Shown here: piece after piece, positions 1 through 8,946 of the stretch
Layout of the letters: every line of letters starts with the position of its first letter
Position numbering within the stretch: position 1 is the stretch's first letter
Assembly (NCBI GenBank): GCA_035542895.1
Contig: DATKKN010000005.1
Span: forward strand, 1 to 48,461
DNA: 48,461 bases
From: Methanomicrobiales archaeon
GTDB lineage: Archaea > Halobacteriota > Methanomicrobia > Methanomicrobiales > JACTUA01
Reading direction: 5' to 3'
Program-made: the position numbers and the translations under genes
Notes under the pieces: generated by a model
Databases searched by the model: none
Told to the model about the DNA's origin: nothing
What the model saw: the letters and a program-made list of their open reading frames with translations, nothing else

Positions 1-1
1 G

Positions 2-1216
2 CCCGACAACTCCACGAGATACGGCCAGCACACCGTTGAGGCGCGGATCCGGGAGTCCCTCCTCAAGCTTGAAGGACTGAAGAAATGGATCGTGCGGCCT
101 GATCTCGAGGTCAGGGTCCTCGTCCACGAGCGGGTACATGACGATGTGGCAGAGACGATCCTCTCGGTCGCGGGAACGGAAAAGGCGGACCTCATCGCCC
201 AGGGCGCGAGGGGGCGGACCCTCCGGAGCCTGGTCCTCGGCTCGGTCTCGGCCGCGGTCCTCAGGGACGCAAAGACCGGCGTCCTCGTTGTCCATGACCG
301 GGCACTGGACAGCGGGGAGGCCTTCGGGAGATACTGCCAATCGGCGTTCGCGCGGGTCCTCTGCCCGGTGGACTTCTCGAAGCCATCGCTCGACACCGTG
401 GAGGCCCTGCCCTCCCTCGGGCGCATCGGCGAGGTGATCCTCCTCCACGTGCTCCCTGAGGATCTCCACAGCTGGGACATCCCCATCGCCCGGCGGAGCG
501 CGGAGAGGCGCCTCGGGGAGATGAAGGAACAGCTGGAACAGGCCGGGGTGAAGGGCCGGTACGTCGTCGGTAAGGGGAAACCGGCGGCCGCGATCCTCGA
601 AACGGCGGCAGGGGAGGACGCAACTCTCCTCGTCCTCACCCGGTTCGGGAAGCGGGACTATGTGCAGGCCGCAGGCATCGGCCCCACCGCCGCGGAGGTC
701 GCCGAGAAGGCGCACCAGCCGGTCCTCGTCAGGTACCCGGCCCTCCACTACGACGTGGTGACCCGGGAGCTTGCCCCGCAGGAGTTCCCCGTCGCCGAGG
801 AGATCTGGCTCCGGTACCACCAGCAGAAGACCGACCCGGCGACCGACCGGCTCTTCGCGGTGTTCGTTGACGGCGTCCCTGCGGGCGTGGCCCGGTGCCG
901 GAGGCACCCGGACGGGCATGAAGTGGACGGGGTCTTTGTCCTCCCGGAGTTCAGGAACCGGGGGTACGCGAGAAGGCTCATGGGGGCCCTCGTCCCGGCA
1001 TGCGGGGGCGAGGACCTCTACATGCACTCGACCCTGGAGCTCGTCCCCTTCTACCGCTTCTTCGGCTTCGTCCCCATCCCCGAGGAGGAGCTGCCCCCGA
1101 CCATCAGGGAGCGGTACTCCTTTGCGATGGGCGACCTCGCCATGGCCGACGTGCAGCCCATGGAGCGCCGGGCTACAGCAGGTTCTCGACCTTCGAGTTC
1201 GCGATCCGGCCGCTGA
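2..1216 (+). CDS. Tandem universal stress protein (UspA) domains fused to a C-terminal GNAT N-acetyltransferase domain; 5' end runs off the window
   Basis: The frame is open from nt 2, with no stop before the GTG at 92, so the gene is probably 5'-truncated. Usp-type C-terminal motifs are 'ADLIAQGARGRTLRSLVLGSVSAAVLRDAKTGVLVV' and 'ATLLVLTRFGKRD...GIGPTAAEVAEKAHQPVLV'. The GNAT acetyl-CoA motif is 'VDGVFVLPEFRNRGYARRLMGAL', followed by 'LVPFYRFFGF'. Confidence 0.8.
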   Translation, partial: PDNSTRYGQHTVEARIRESLLKLEGLKKWIVRPDLEVRVLVHERVHDDVAETILSVAGTEKADLIAQGARGRTLRSLVLGSVSAAVLRDAKTGVLVVHDRALDSGEAFGRYCQSAFARVLCPVDFSKPSLDTVEALPSLGRIGEVILLHVLPEDLHSWDIPIARRSAERRLGEMKEQLEQAGVKGRYVVGKGKPAAAILETAAGEDATLLVLTRFGKRDYVQAAGIGPTAAEVAEKAHQPVLVRYPALHYDVVTRELAPQEFPVAEEIWLRYHQQKTDPATDRLFAVFVDGVPAGVARCRRHPDGHEVDGVFVLPEFRNRGYARRLMGALVPACGGEDLYMHSTLELVPFYRFFGFVPIPEEELPPTIRERYSFAMGDLAMADVQPMERRATAGSRPSSSRSGR

Positions 1217-2387
1217 CCCCGCGGCGGTCGTCCTGGTGAGCGAGGATGTAGAGGTACACGTCCCGGATCTGCCGGAACTGGTCGACGTAGCTGTTGTACC
1301 GGGTGACGAGGGCGGCATACCGGTTATAATCGGCGTCAAAATCCACCTGCGTGGAGTAGGAGGTCCCCGCGCTGAGCTTTGCCTCCAGGGTGTCGATCTC
1401 GTCCAGCATCACCATTCCGGTCGCGTTGATCCAGGAGAGCTTCTCCTCCATCCTTTTCTGGACCGACACGATGTGCATCACGTCGTTGATGGCCCGGTAG
1501 GTGATGGTCCCGTTCCCGGTCGGGATGACGACCGGGTCCGCGTTCTCGAAGTCATCAGGGTAAAGGCCGATAAAAGAGGGCCGGGTGGTCTCGATGTACA
1601 CGTACTTCCTGCCCCCGAGCGTGTAGACCCGGAAGGAGGGCGTGCCATCGGTAACGATCCGGATCCCCGCCGTGGCATGGTGCTTGTCGGGGAAGAGGAG
1701 GATGGCGGCGTCGTACCCCTCCCGGTCGAGGAGCCCGAGGAGGAGGAGGCTCTTTTCGTCGCAGTCCCCCGTCATGTCGTGGATTACCTGGTCGGGCCTC
1801 CGGGGGCACGCCGGTGCCGAGGCGTCATACGGGATCTGCTGGACGAAGTGGGTGAGGAGCTCCAGGTACTCGTCGTCGTTCAGCACCTGCATCCTCCGGA
1901 TCCGGTGGAACTCGGCAAGGAGCGAGTCATAGACGGGGGCCTCGCGGGGGTCACGGAACATCCCCGTGTAGAAGGTGGCGAGCAGGTCCTCATCCCCCGG
2001 GCGCCAGTCCATGAGAGGGCAGGTGGCCGGCCACGCTTCACCGGTCCCGGAGGGTACCGGGACAGCGAAGCTGTACTCCTGCCCTCCGGAGGTGAAGGTG
2101 AAGGAGCGCGTCTCGCCAATGAAGAGGAGCGGCAGGGGCGTGGGAGTCGCGGTTTCGGGGATTGGGGAGGGGGGGGCCTGGGGAACAGGCGTGGTCCTGG
2201 CAGGCCGCGGCTCCTGGGCTGGATGCCCGGCCTGGAGACACCCTGCAAGGAGGATGACCGCGATGGCGAGGAGGGCAATGGCGGCGGCGGGCCTCCTGGC
2301 GTCCTGCCGCGGGCGCCGGCAGGGAGGACTGGCAGGGAAGGCAACCGTACGGGTACTCCTGAGTGGTGCTTTATCCCGTTCCTGCAT
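1173..2387 (-). CDS. Membrane-anchored, lipoprotein-like protein with a transglutaminase-like (Cys...His) core
   Basis: ATG at 2387. A basic N-terminus is followed by a hydrophobic anchor ending in the lipobox-like 'LLAGC' and a Pro-rich linker. 'MTGDCDEKSLLLLGLLDREGYDAAILLF..HHATAGIRI' resembles the catalytic core of transglutaminase-like proteases. The 3' end overlaps the convergent Usp-GNAT gene by 44 nt. Confidence 0.55.
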   Translation of the reverse strand: MQERDKAPLRSTRTVAFPASPPCRRPRQDARRPAAAIALLAIAVILLAGCLQAGHPAQEPRPARTTPVPQAPPSPIPETATPTPLPLLFIGETRSFTFTSGGQEYSFAVPVPSGTGEAWPATCPLMDWRPGDEDLLATFYTGMFRDPREAPVYDSLLAEFHRIRRMQVLNDDEYLELLTHFVQQIPYDASAPACPRRPDQVIHDMTGDCDEKSLLLLGLLDREGYDAAILLFPDKHHATAGIRIVTDGTPSFRVYTLGGRKYVYIETTRPSFIGLYPDDFENADPVVIPTGNGTITYRAINDVMHIVSVQKRMEEKLSWINATGMVMLDEIDTLEAKLSAGTSYSTQVDFDADYNRYAALVTRYNSYVDQFRQIRDVYLYILAHQDDRRGVSGRIANSKVENLL

Positions 2388-2420
2388 GAAGCTTCGTCTC
2401 CGTTGCCGAAGGGCCCGTCC

Positions 2421-3230
2421 TCATCCGGCGCCGGCCAGACCGGATATGATGATGAGGAGACCGAGGGCGATGGCGAGCACCCCGAGGTTGACCCGCTTGA
2501 CCACCCTGAGGACCACGTCGATGGCGAGGTAGCCGGACCCGAAGCTCGCGGCGAGGAGCGCGAGGCCGTCCACGAGGGGGAGCTTCCCGAGGCCCCCGCC
2601 CAGGTAGAACAGGATCTCGGCGAGGACGACCGTGGGGATGCTCAGGAGGAAGCTCAGGTGGAAGCTTGCCTCGCTGTCAAACCCTCTCAGGATAAGGCCC
2701 GTGGTGCTGGTTCCCGCCCGGGAGACGCCCGGGAGCACGCTCAGCCCCTGGAACAGGCCGGTCAGGACGCCATCCCTCCAGCCCGCCTGCTCCTTCCCCC
2801 GGGTCTTCGTGCCCTTCCGGAGCGTGAGCACGGCCCCGGTGGCGATCAGGCCCGCGCCCATGACCGCGAAGAGGAGGCTCCCGTTCAGGTTCGGGAGCAC
2901 GAGTATCTCGAGGAGGAGGAGCGGGACACCGACGAGCCCGGTGAAGAGGAGCGCGGTGAAGAGGAAACCCGGCTCCCGGCGGGCAAGGGTCTTCACCTCC
3001 AGGGGGCGATCGAGAAGGTCCCTCGCGAGGTTCCTGATATCGGCGCGGAAGTAGAGGGCCGCGGCAAGCACGGTCCCGACATGGAGGTAGAGGAGGGCGG
3101 GGACCACGAGGGCCGGGTCGCCATGGAGCACCCTGAGGAACACGAAGGTGTCCTGGGTCTTCGAGCTCACGGGCACCCACTCGGTGATCCCCTGGACGAT
3201 GCCGAGCAGGATGATGGAGACCGGATCCAT
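2421..3230 (-). CDS. uppP: Undecaprenyl (polyprenyl)-diphosphate phosphatase, UppP/BacA family
   Basis: Family signature at the N-terminus: 'MDPVSIILLGIVQGITEWVPVSSKTQ'. The protein is polytopic and about 269 aa. I trimmed the 335-aa ORF to the ATG at 3230 because the upstream extension is Arg/Pro-rich and non-membrane. Confidence 0.85.
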   Translation of the reverse strand: MDPVSIILLGIVQGITEWVPVSSKTQDTFVFLRVLHGDPALVVPALLYLHVGTVLAAALYFRADIRNLARDLLDRPLEVKTLARREPGFLFTALLFTGLVGVPLLLLEILVLPNLNGSLLFAVMGAGLIATGAVLTLRKGTKTRGKEQAGWRDGVLTGLFQGLSVLPGVSRAGTSTTGLILRGFDSEASFHLSFLLSIPTVVLAEILFYLGGGLGKLPLVDGLALLAASFGSGYLAIDVVLRVVKRVNLGVLAIALGLLIIISGLAGAG

Positions 3231-3657
3231 ACCTGTACATGGGCGGGATGCATTTATTTTTGCCGGGAGGGCCGGGGCCTGGTCTTCCACTACGAGGTGA
3301 TGAAACGGGGACCTGCCATGGCAGGCAGCCGATGAAATCCCTTTCTGGGGGAAAAACCAGGGAATGGCATCCGGGTTCCGTGGGAGTCGGGGCCTCCGGG
3401 GGTGTCTTCTCCATGGAGAATTCTGCATCCGGCGCCGGGGGAGAAAAACCGGTATGTTCCACCGGTGAGGTTGAAACCTCTTCCTCCATTGCTGAAATGA
3501 GATTCAGTTGACCTGCCCCTATAAAATGGATAATATTCTCATATTCTTGTAAATAATTTCCACTTAATCAAAAAATCATTGAAATCGAAATAGAAATGAT
3601 TATATCTAGCCTCACAAATTAGATAGTGCGATGTGAGGCTGCCCGACGGGATTCCCC

Positions 3658-3900
3658 ATGAAGCGCAATAAGAATGGTGATGTTGACCGGCTCTGCGGCA
3701 ACTGGATAGCCCACATGTCCTTCCTCGAGGCCATCCGTGCCCACAAGATCTCGATCCAGTGCCCGGAATGCGGGAAAACCCACGAGTTTCTCGGGTGGAC
3801 CTGCTGCGACCTCTCCATCGAGGATGCGAGCAGGAAGCTCGGCGAGGAGTATCGCCGGAGGGTCCTTGCCGGGAGGTCCGATGGATCCCTCCAGCCCTGA
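3658..3900 (+). CDS. Small (80 aa) putative zinc-ribbon protein
   Basis: The ATG is preceded by a roughly 150-nt AT-rich spacer (3500-3650). GC3-rich codon usage matches neighbouring genes. Contains 'CPECG' plus downstream 'WTCCD' and upstream 'LCGNWIAH'. I recognise no family. Confidence 0.5.
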   Translation: MKRNKNGDVDRLCGNWIAHMSFLEAIRAHKISIQCPECGKTHEFLGWTCCDLSIEDASRKLGEEYRRRVLAGRSDGSLQP

Positions 3901-4021
3901 CACCCTCCCCCTTCCGGCATCGATTCCGGCTGCTGTAAAACGCGCAGGGATTGTCCCGTGATACCTGGGCCGCGGGGCCCGGGAGAAAAAAAGAGCTCTA
4001 TTCCGGGCGAAATGGACCGGT

Positions 4022-4573
4022 TCAGGTCCTGGTTTTGAGATACTGGGTCGCCACGACCATGCCCGATATCACCATGATACTCACCGCGACCGTGGGGAAT
4101 TCGGGAACCGGAACGGCGGCAGGGGTGTTCATCCCGAAGGTGATGCCCGGGATCTCTCCGGTGGCAGCGGTGTAGGCGACGGAATAGCCGGGATCCGAAT
4201 AACCGTCCGGCGGGGCGGAAGGCTGGACCACGGGATAACCGGCATTGGCGTCCTCCCGCTCAACGACCGTGGCGTACCAGGTCTGGCCATCCGGGGGGGT
4301 GGGAAGGAGCACCGAGAACCCATTCCTCCCGTTTTCGGTCGAGAAGGAGGTGAAGTCCTGTTCCGACCTGATTTCCCCGGTGCCAGCGGGTGCGGTCATC
4401 ACCTTCAGGTGGAGCGTAATCCCTCCCACGCATGGCTCGAAGCTGTCCCTTGCCCCGTTCCCGCTGGTATCGATATAGGCACAGCCGGTCATCGTGGTTG
4501 CAGCCGCGACCCCGGCCAGCGAGGCAAGTGCCAGGATGAAGAAAATGCTGGCTACGGTCCTACCTGCATGCAT
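4022..4573 (-). CDS. Secreted SdrD-B/Cna-B-like fold protein with a C-terminal PEF-CTERM sorting signal (predicted archaeosortase substrate)
   Basis: Signal peptide 'MHAGRTVASIFFILALASLAGVAAA' from the ATG at 4573; the ORF track starts at a TTG at 4618. 'YIDTSGNGARDSFEPCVGGITLHLK' is typical of SdrD B-like repeats. The C-terminus 'PVPEFPTVAVSIMVISGMVVATQYLKTRT' has a PEF motif, a TM helix and a basic tail. Confidence 0.8.
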   Translation of the reverse strand: MHAGRTVASIFFILALASLAGVAAATTMTGCAYIDTSGNGARDSFEPCVGGITLHLKVMTAPAGTGEIRSEQDFTSFSTENGRNGFSVLLPTPPDGQTWYATVVEREDANAGYPVVQPSAPPDGYSDPGYSVAYTAATGEIPGITFGMNTPAAVPVPEFPTVAVSIMVISGMVVATQYLKTRT

Positions 4574-4633
4574 CGGGAAAATACCCCCACCCCACTCTGC
4601 GATTCTTGATTTCAACAATGAAATGGCTTTCGA

Positions 4634-4643
4634 TTATATAAAG
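4634..4643 (-). promoter_or_regulatory. Candidate archaeal TATA box for the PEF-CTERM gene
   Basis: The minus-strand reading is TTTATATAAT, 61-70 nt upstream of the ATG at 4573, within an AT-rich divergent intergenic region. Confidence 0.3.
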
Positions 4644-5067
4644 GATTCGGTGAATAATTATTTTTAAATTATCTTTAAAGATTTAAATTTTTTCGACAGG
4701 AATCATTATATATGATGACTCGTATTGGATTTGAAATGAGATGGTACTCTTAAAGATTTCTCTTACCGGTTTCCCGAATTCTTTTTCTTATTTGGTGATT
4801 CCCTGTTTCCATCGCCACGAAACTGTTATATTTCACTCCTTGAATACGAACATCCCCCTCGTGGAGTGGAAATGGGGGGTGATCCTGCCCCGGGGGTGTC
4901 CCTGATCCTGCGGCACCCCCCCAAATCTTCGCCGGAGCACCCCCGGAGGAAACCGGATCCCAGTGAATACCTTCCCGGGCGACGGGAATGCGTACGGGAA
5001 GCGGGTCATTTTAAGGCGGCGATTCCCATGATAATATAAAGGTTTTCTCCATTTTATCAACGATGAC

Positions 5068-5075
5068 TATTTATA
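5068..5075 (+). promoter_or_regulatory. Candidate archaeal TATA box for the archaeosortase gene
   Basis: TATTTATA lies 55-62 nt upstream of the ATG at 5130 in an AT-rich spacer. Confidence 0.3.
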
Positions 5076-5129
5076 GGAAAGAATAAAACAATATCTTTTT
5101 TAAGGCATACTATCAAGAGATTGTGTTTA

Positions 5130-6056
5130 ATGCAAACCGAATTTCCGGGGCCGGTTAACCCCAGGAGAATCGCGCTCGGATGGTTCCTCGTGGTTCTCTT
5201 TGCAACGGGCCTCTTTCTCCTGTTCACCCCCGAAACCTACATGAAGATCGATGCCATCTTCATCTGGGTCCTCACCTGCCTGGTCCTCCTCTACTTCTCG
5301 ACCCGAAAGATCACCCGGCTCACCCCGGGGAGAAAGATCCTGGTCATCGGTGCAGGGTTCCTCCTCTGTCTCCTGAGCATCCTCCGGATACCCCTCGGGG
5401 TCGGTCATACGCTCTATTCCATGGGCGATTTCACGGTTTTTCTCTCGGGGCTCGGCCTGATCCTCTTCGGGGCCCTGGGGTTCGGATCCTTCGTCATGCC
5501 CCTGCTCCTGCCCCTGGTGGCCGTCGAGGGATTCCAGGTCTATGATCTCTTCATCCGGCACATCGACTGGCTCACGGCACCCCTGGTCGCGGTGGACATC
5601 GGCATCGTATCCTCCCTCCTCCACCTTACCGGCATCCCGGTAGGCATCCAGGGGCAGGTGATCTCCTTTGTCTCCTCCACGGGGCTCCCCGTGTATCTTT
5701 CCATCGAAGGGGACTGCACGGGGCTCTGGTCCCTGGGCACCTTCACCATGGCGGTCATCATCGTGGCCGTGAGTTTTCCCCGGGCCTTCGATCTGCGGGG
5801 CATCCTGTACATTCTCCTCGGGTTCCTGGGAACGTACGCTGCGAATATCCTCCGGATCTACGTGATCATCCTGACCGGTTATTACTACGGTCTCAGCAAT
5901 GTGATGGAGCATACCCACATCCATATCGGCTGGCTCATCTTCACCGCATGGATGGTGTTCTTCTGGTACCTCTTCTTTGTGCGCCACGTCGGGATCTCCT
6001 TCACCTCGAAGGATGGCCGCCGGATTGCCGGCACCCGGGACCGGAAGGCCGGGTAA
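5130..6056 (+). CDS. Archaeosortase (exosortase/archaeosortase family transpeptidase), probably the PEF-CTERM-specific type
   Basis: Polytopic membrane protein carrying the family's signature positions: 'IEGDCTGLWSLG' (conserved Cys), 'ANILRIYVIILTG' (conserved Arg) and 'HTHIHIGWLIFTAW'. It is divergently adjacent to a PEF-CTERM protein. ATG at 5130; a TTG at 5121 is also possible. Confidence 0.85.
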   Translation: MQTEFPGPVNPRRIALGWFLVVLFATGLFLLFTPETYMKIDAIFIWVLTCLVLLYFSTRKITRLTPGRKILVIGAGFLLCLLSILRIPLGVGHTLYSMGDFTVFLSGLGLILFGALGFGSFVMPLLLPLVAVEGFQVYDLFIRHIDWLTAPLVAVDIGIVSSLLHLTGIPVGIQGQVISFVSSTGLPVYLSIEGDCTGLWSLGTFTMAVIIVAVSFPRAFDLRGILYILLGFLGTYAANILRIYVIILTGYYYGLSNVMEHTHIHIGWLIFTAWMVFFWYLFFVRHVGISFTSKDGRRIAGTRDRKAG

Positions 6057-6184
6057 CCTCCCGCTTATCCCGGTGAAAGGTGACCGGGGGTCCTCAGGGG
6101 CCCCCTTCTCTCCGGTCCCAGAATCATTTTTATGGTGAAACGGGCAACAGATGGTACGCGGGGGATCAGCGGCAACCCGGGGGC

Positions 6185-7333
6185 ATGAGGGTGGCATTTC
6201 AGTTTTTCGCGTGGTTCAGGAACGCTCCGCCCTACCAGAAGGCGATCCTGCTCGCCATCCTCATCGGTTTTGCCACCATGATCACCTTTGTCCTTCTCGA
6301 ATACCAGGAGGACCGGTTCACCTCCCTGTACATTTACCCGGATTCGTACACGCATTCCCAGGGGAGGGGCAACACCTCCTTCCTGTACGGGATCCGGTCC
6401 TACGAGCGGGACCGCACGGCATATACCCTTCAGTTCTTCGTGAACGACCGGCTGGTCGGGCAGAAGGACTTCGACCTGGATCCCGGCAAGGTTATCGAGG
6501 AGAGATCGGCCATCGATATCTCGAACGATTCCCTCCCCACGAAGATACAGCTCGTCCTCAGTTCGGGTGCCGGGAGCTACGAGGTGCATTACTGGATCCT
6601 GGGGACGGCCCCGGTCGCCGCCTTCTCGGCGAAACCGACCCAGGGCAAGGAACCCCTGACCGTGACCTTTTATGATAATTCCACGAACTCTCCGTCCTCG
6701 TGGGCCTGGAACTTCGGTGACGGGACGACGAGCACCCTCCGGAACCCTGTCCATACCTTCACAAACGGCAGCTACTCGGTGAGCCTGGTGGCATCGAACT
6801 CGGGCGGGGAAGGCAGCGAGCGCAAGACCAACTTCATCACGGTACTCCCCAATGTAACCATCTCCGCCGTGTCCCAGGTGAGCCAGGTCCAGAGGGTCCT
6901 TCTCAGGGAAACGCTCACGGTCCGGGACCGGCAGAGTATCCTCGATATCATCGCCCTCGATTACTACCGGGGTCCGTACGCAAACGACCTGGTCGCCTAT
7001 AGCAGGGAGGTGTTCAGCCTGGAGAATATCTCCAACGCCGAACCGGAGCCGGGGTACGAGTATCTCCTGGTCAAGGTACTCGTCAAGGACCGGCAGGGAA
7101 CGACCCCCATATTCGTGGCCCAGGCAAGCTTCAGGACCTGCGTTAAGGGTACGAACCGGTGTTCGGATGCCGAGCGGGCATTCATCACCCTGCCCACCTT
7201 CGAGGACAAGGTCATCAGCCTGGATGATTCCTCGAGCGGCTGGATGGTCTTCATTGTCCCGGTATCCGAAGTCATTGACCTTGCCTACTATGACTCATCC
7301 GGACTGCCGGCGGGGTACATCCAGATCAGATAA
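6185..7333 (+). CDS. Membrane-anchored surface protein: DUF1616 C-terminal-like region, PKD domain and DUF4352-like domain
   Basis: ATG at 6185, then one TM ('AILLAILIGFATMITFVLL'). 'FTSLYIYPDSY...YTLQFFVNDRLV' matches the extracellular part of archaeal DUF1616. PKD motif: 'PLTVTFYDNSTNSPSSWAWNFGDGTTSTLRNPVHTFTNGSYSVSLVASN'. The 'YEYLLVKVLVKDRQG' segment is DUF4352-like. Confidence 0.7.
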   Translation: MRVAFQFFAWFRNAPPYQKAILLAILIGFATMITFVLLEYQEDRFTSLYIYPDSYTHSQGRGNTSFLYGIRSYERDRTAYTLQFFVNDRLVGQKDFDLDPGKVIEERSAIDISNDSLPTKIQLVLSSGAGSYEVHYWILGTAPVAAFSAKPTQGKEPLTVTFYDNSTNSPSSWAWNFGDGTTSTLRNPVHTFTNGSYSVSLVASNSGGEGSERKTNFITVLPNVTISAVSQVSQVQRVLLRETLTVRDRQSILDIIALDYYRGPYANDLVAYSREVFSLENISNAEPEPGYEYLLVKVLVKDRQGTTPIFVAQASFRTCVKGTNRCSDAERAFITLPTFEDKVISLDDSSSGWMVFIVPVSEVIDLAYYDSSGLPAGYIQIR

Positions 7334-7485
7334 CTCCCGTCCTGCCGTCGGGGATGGTCGCGGACCTGGACGGGCTCCCCGGGCAGGACCGGGGGCATCC
7401 GGAGAGAATCCGCTCCCGGCCGGCACAGATCCCCGAACGCGCCGGAGATACGGGAAGGGTACATTCCCCGGAGAGACCCGTCTGT

Positions 7486-8946
7486 TTACCGGTCCGGGTG
7501 CCTCCGGGTAATCCCGACCAGGTCCCTCACGATGTCCTTGCTTACGTACCCCGTGGCGTACGCGAGGGCAGGGAAGAGGATGATGGCGATGCCGATTCCC
7601 AGGAGGGGATGCGGCCTGAGGACCATGAGGAGGAGAACGGTGACAATGAAGCAACCGGCGAGCCTCCCGATCCGGTGCAGGATGACCTTCAGGGGGGTGA
7701 GGTCCTTGACGAGGGCGATGGTAAGGAGGGTGGAGATGATGAAGAGGAGGGTGTTCGAGATATAGGCCCCGAGGAACCCGTTCCCGAATCCCAGGGACCG
7801 GGACAGATCGATGAGATAGACGGTCAGGACGAAGAAGAGCGGGAGCATGGCGAGGGGAATCACCGCGATGATGGCATAGTCCTTCGCATCCGTGGCGCGA
7901 GAGAGGTTCAGGTTCGCGATGAAGACCTGGATGAAAATGAACAGGTACCCCACGGCCATGATGGGAAAGTACGTCGAGGCGTCCAGGTACGCCCGGGAGA
8001 AGAGTACCCGGACCAGGTATTCGGAATAGAGGGAGAGGGTGATGAAGATGAGGACCATGAGGGCGAACAGGGCCCGCGTGACATCGGCAAGCCCGCCCCG
8101 CCGGTAGATCCGTTCCGGGTCCGCCGAGGTGGCCTCGGGGACGGAGAGGAGGGTCATCGTGCCCATGGCAAAGAAGAAGAACGACCCCAGGGTGAGGGAC
8201 ACGTCAAAGTACCCCTGCCAGACGATGCCGAGGTCATGGCTGATGACCATCTTGATGAGGGCCTGGCCGAAGGTGTTCAGGGACCCGAAGATGAACAGGG
8301 CGATGCCGAAGGCAAAGATCTGCCGGGAGGGCCTGCGTATCGAGAGGATCGGGAGGTACTGGCGCCGGTATGTTCCTGAGAGGGCGAGGATGGCAAGGGG
8401 TATCACGTTCGCGAGGACAAAACCGATGAGGATGATCTCGAAGGACTGCATCCCTGCGAGGAGCAGGCCGGCGATGATGACGAGCCTTGCCACCGAGGGC
8501 AGCGCCATGGTGATCCCCGGGAAGGCGTACTGCCTGAGCCCCGTGTAGAGGGCCTCGAAATCGGCAAGGATGGTGAGGGAGAAGAGGGAAAAGATGATGA
8601 CCGCGTAGAACAGGTTCATGCGATCGAGGGGGATATTCAGGTAGGAAAAGAAGGGCTCCCGGAAGATGAAAAGCAGGGCCGAGAGGACGAGCCCGATGAG
8701 CATGCTCATGACCATCGAAAACCCGAAATAGTGCCTTCCCTCCTCGGAATGAGCGAGGATCTGCGGGAAATTCAGGGTGGTGACCAGCTGGAACACGCCG
8801 GGGAGTGTCAGGGCAAGCAGGGTGATGAGCCCGTACTCGTACGGGGTAATGGTATTTGCAAGCACGATCTTGGTCAGGACTCCTGACCCGCGCTGGAGAA
8901 GGACGAAAAAGATGAAGAGTCCGGAGTAAAACGTCAGCGTCTTCAT
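7486..8946 (-). CDS. MOP-superfamily polysaccharide/oligosaccharide flippase (Wzx/RfbX-like)
   Basis: About 486 aa with about 14 predicted TM helices. The N-terminus 'MKTLTFYSGLFIFFVLLQRGSGVLTKIVLAN' is typical of 'polysaccharide biosynthesis protein' flippases. I chose the ATG at 8946 over the ATG at 8988. Confidence 0.75.
   Translation of the reverse strand: MKTLTFYSGLFIFFVLLQRGSGVLTKIVLANTITPYEYGLITLLALTLPGVFQLVTTLNFPQILAHSEEGRHYFGFSMVMSMLIGLVLSALLFIFREPFFSYLNIPLDRMNLFYAVIIFSLFSLTILADFEALYTGLRQYAFPGITMALPSVARLVIIAGLLLAGMQSFEIILIGFVLANVIPLAILALSGTYRRQYLPILSIRRPSRQIFAFGIALFIFGSLNTFGQALIKMVISHDLGIVWQGYFDVSLTLGSFFFFAMGTMTLLSVPEATSADPERIYRRGGLADVTRALFALMVLIFITLSLYSEYLVRVLFSRAYLDASTYFPIMAVGYLFIFIQVFIANLNLSRATDAKDYAIIAVIPLAMLPLFFVLTVYLIDLSRSLGFGNGFLGAYISNTLLFIISTLLTIALVKDLTPLKVILHRIGRLAGCFIVTVLLLMVLRPHPLLGIGIAIILFPALAYATGYVSKDIVRDLVGITRRHPDR

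Noticed and set aside
771-3335. 854-aa plus-strand ORF spanning three annotated genes
   Set aside because: It is antisense to the transglutaminase-like and uppP genes. The product is Arg/Gly/Pro/Glu-rich low-complexity sequence with no motifs. This is a typical high-GC antisense artefact.
4833-5060. 75-aa minus-strand ORF in the sortase intergenic spacer
   Set aside because: The product is an Arg/Pro/Gly-rich peptide with no hydrophobic or structured features. The region is better described as a GC-rich non-coding island (see findings).
5127-6197. 356-aa minus-strand ORF
   Set aside because: It is antisense to the archaeosortase gene, which has clear TM helices and family motifs. The antisense product is Asp/Glu/Pro/Gly-rich with no hydrophobic core.
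7354-8379. 341-aa plus-strand ORF
   Set aside because: It is antisense to the flippase gene, and its highly acidic Glu/Asp/Gly composition is not protein-like.
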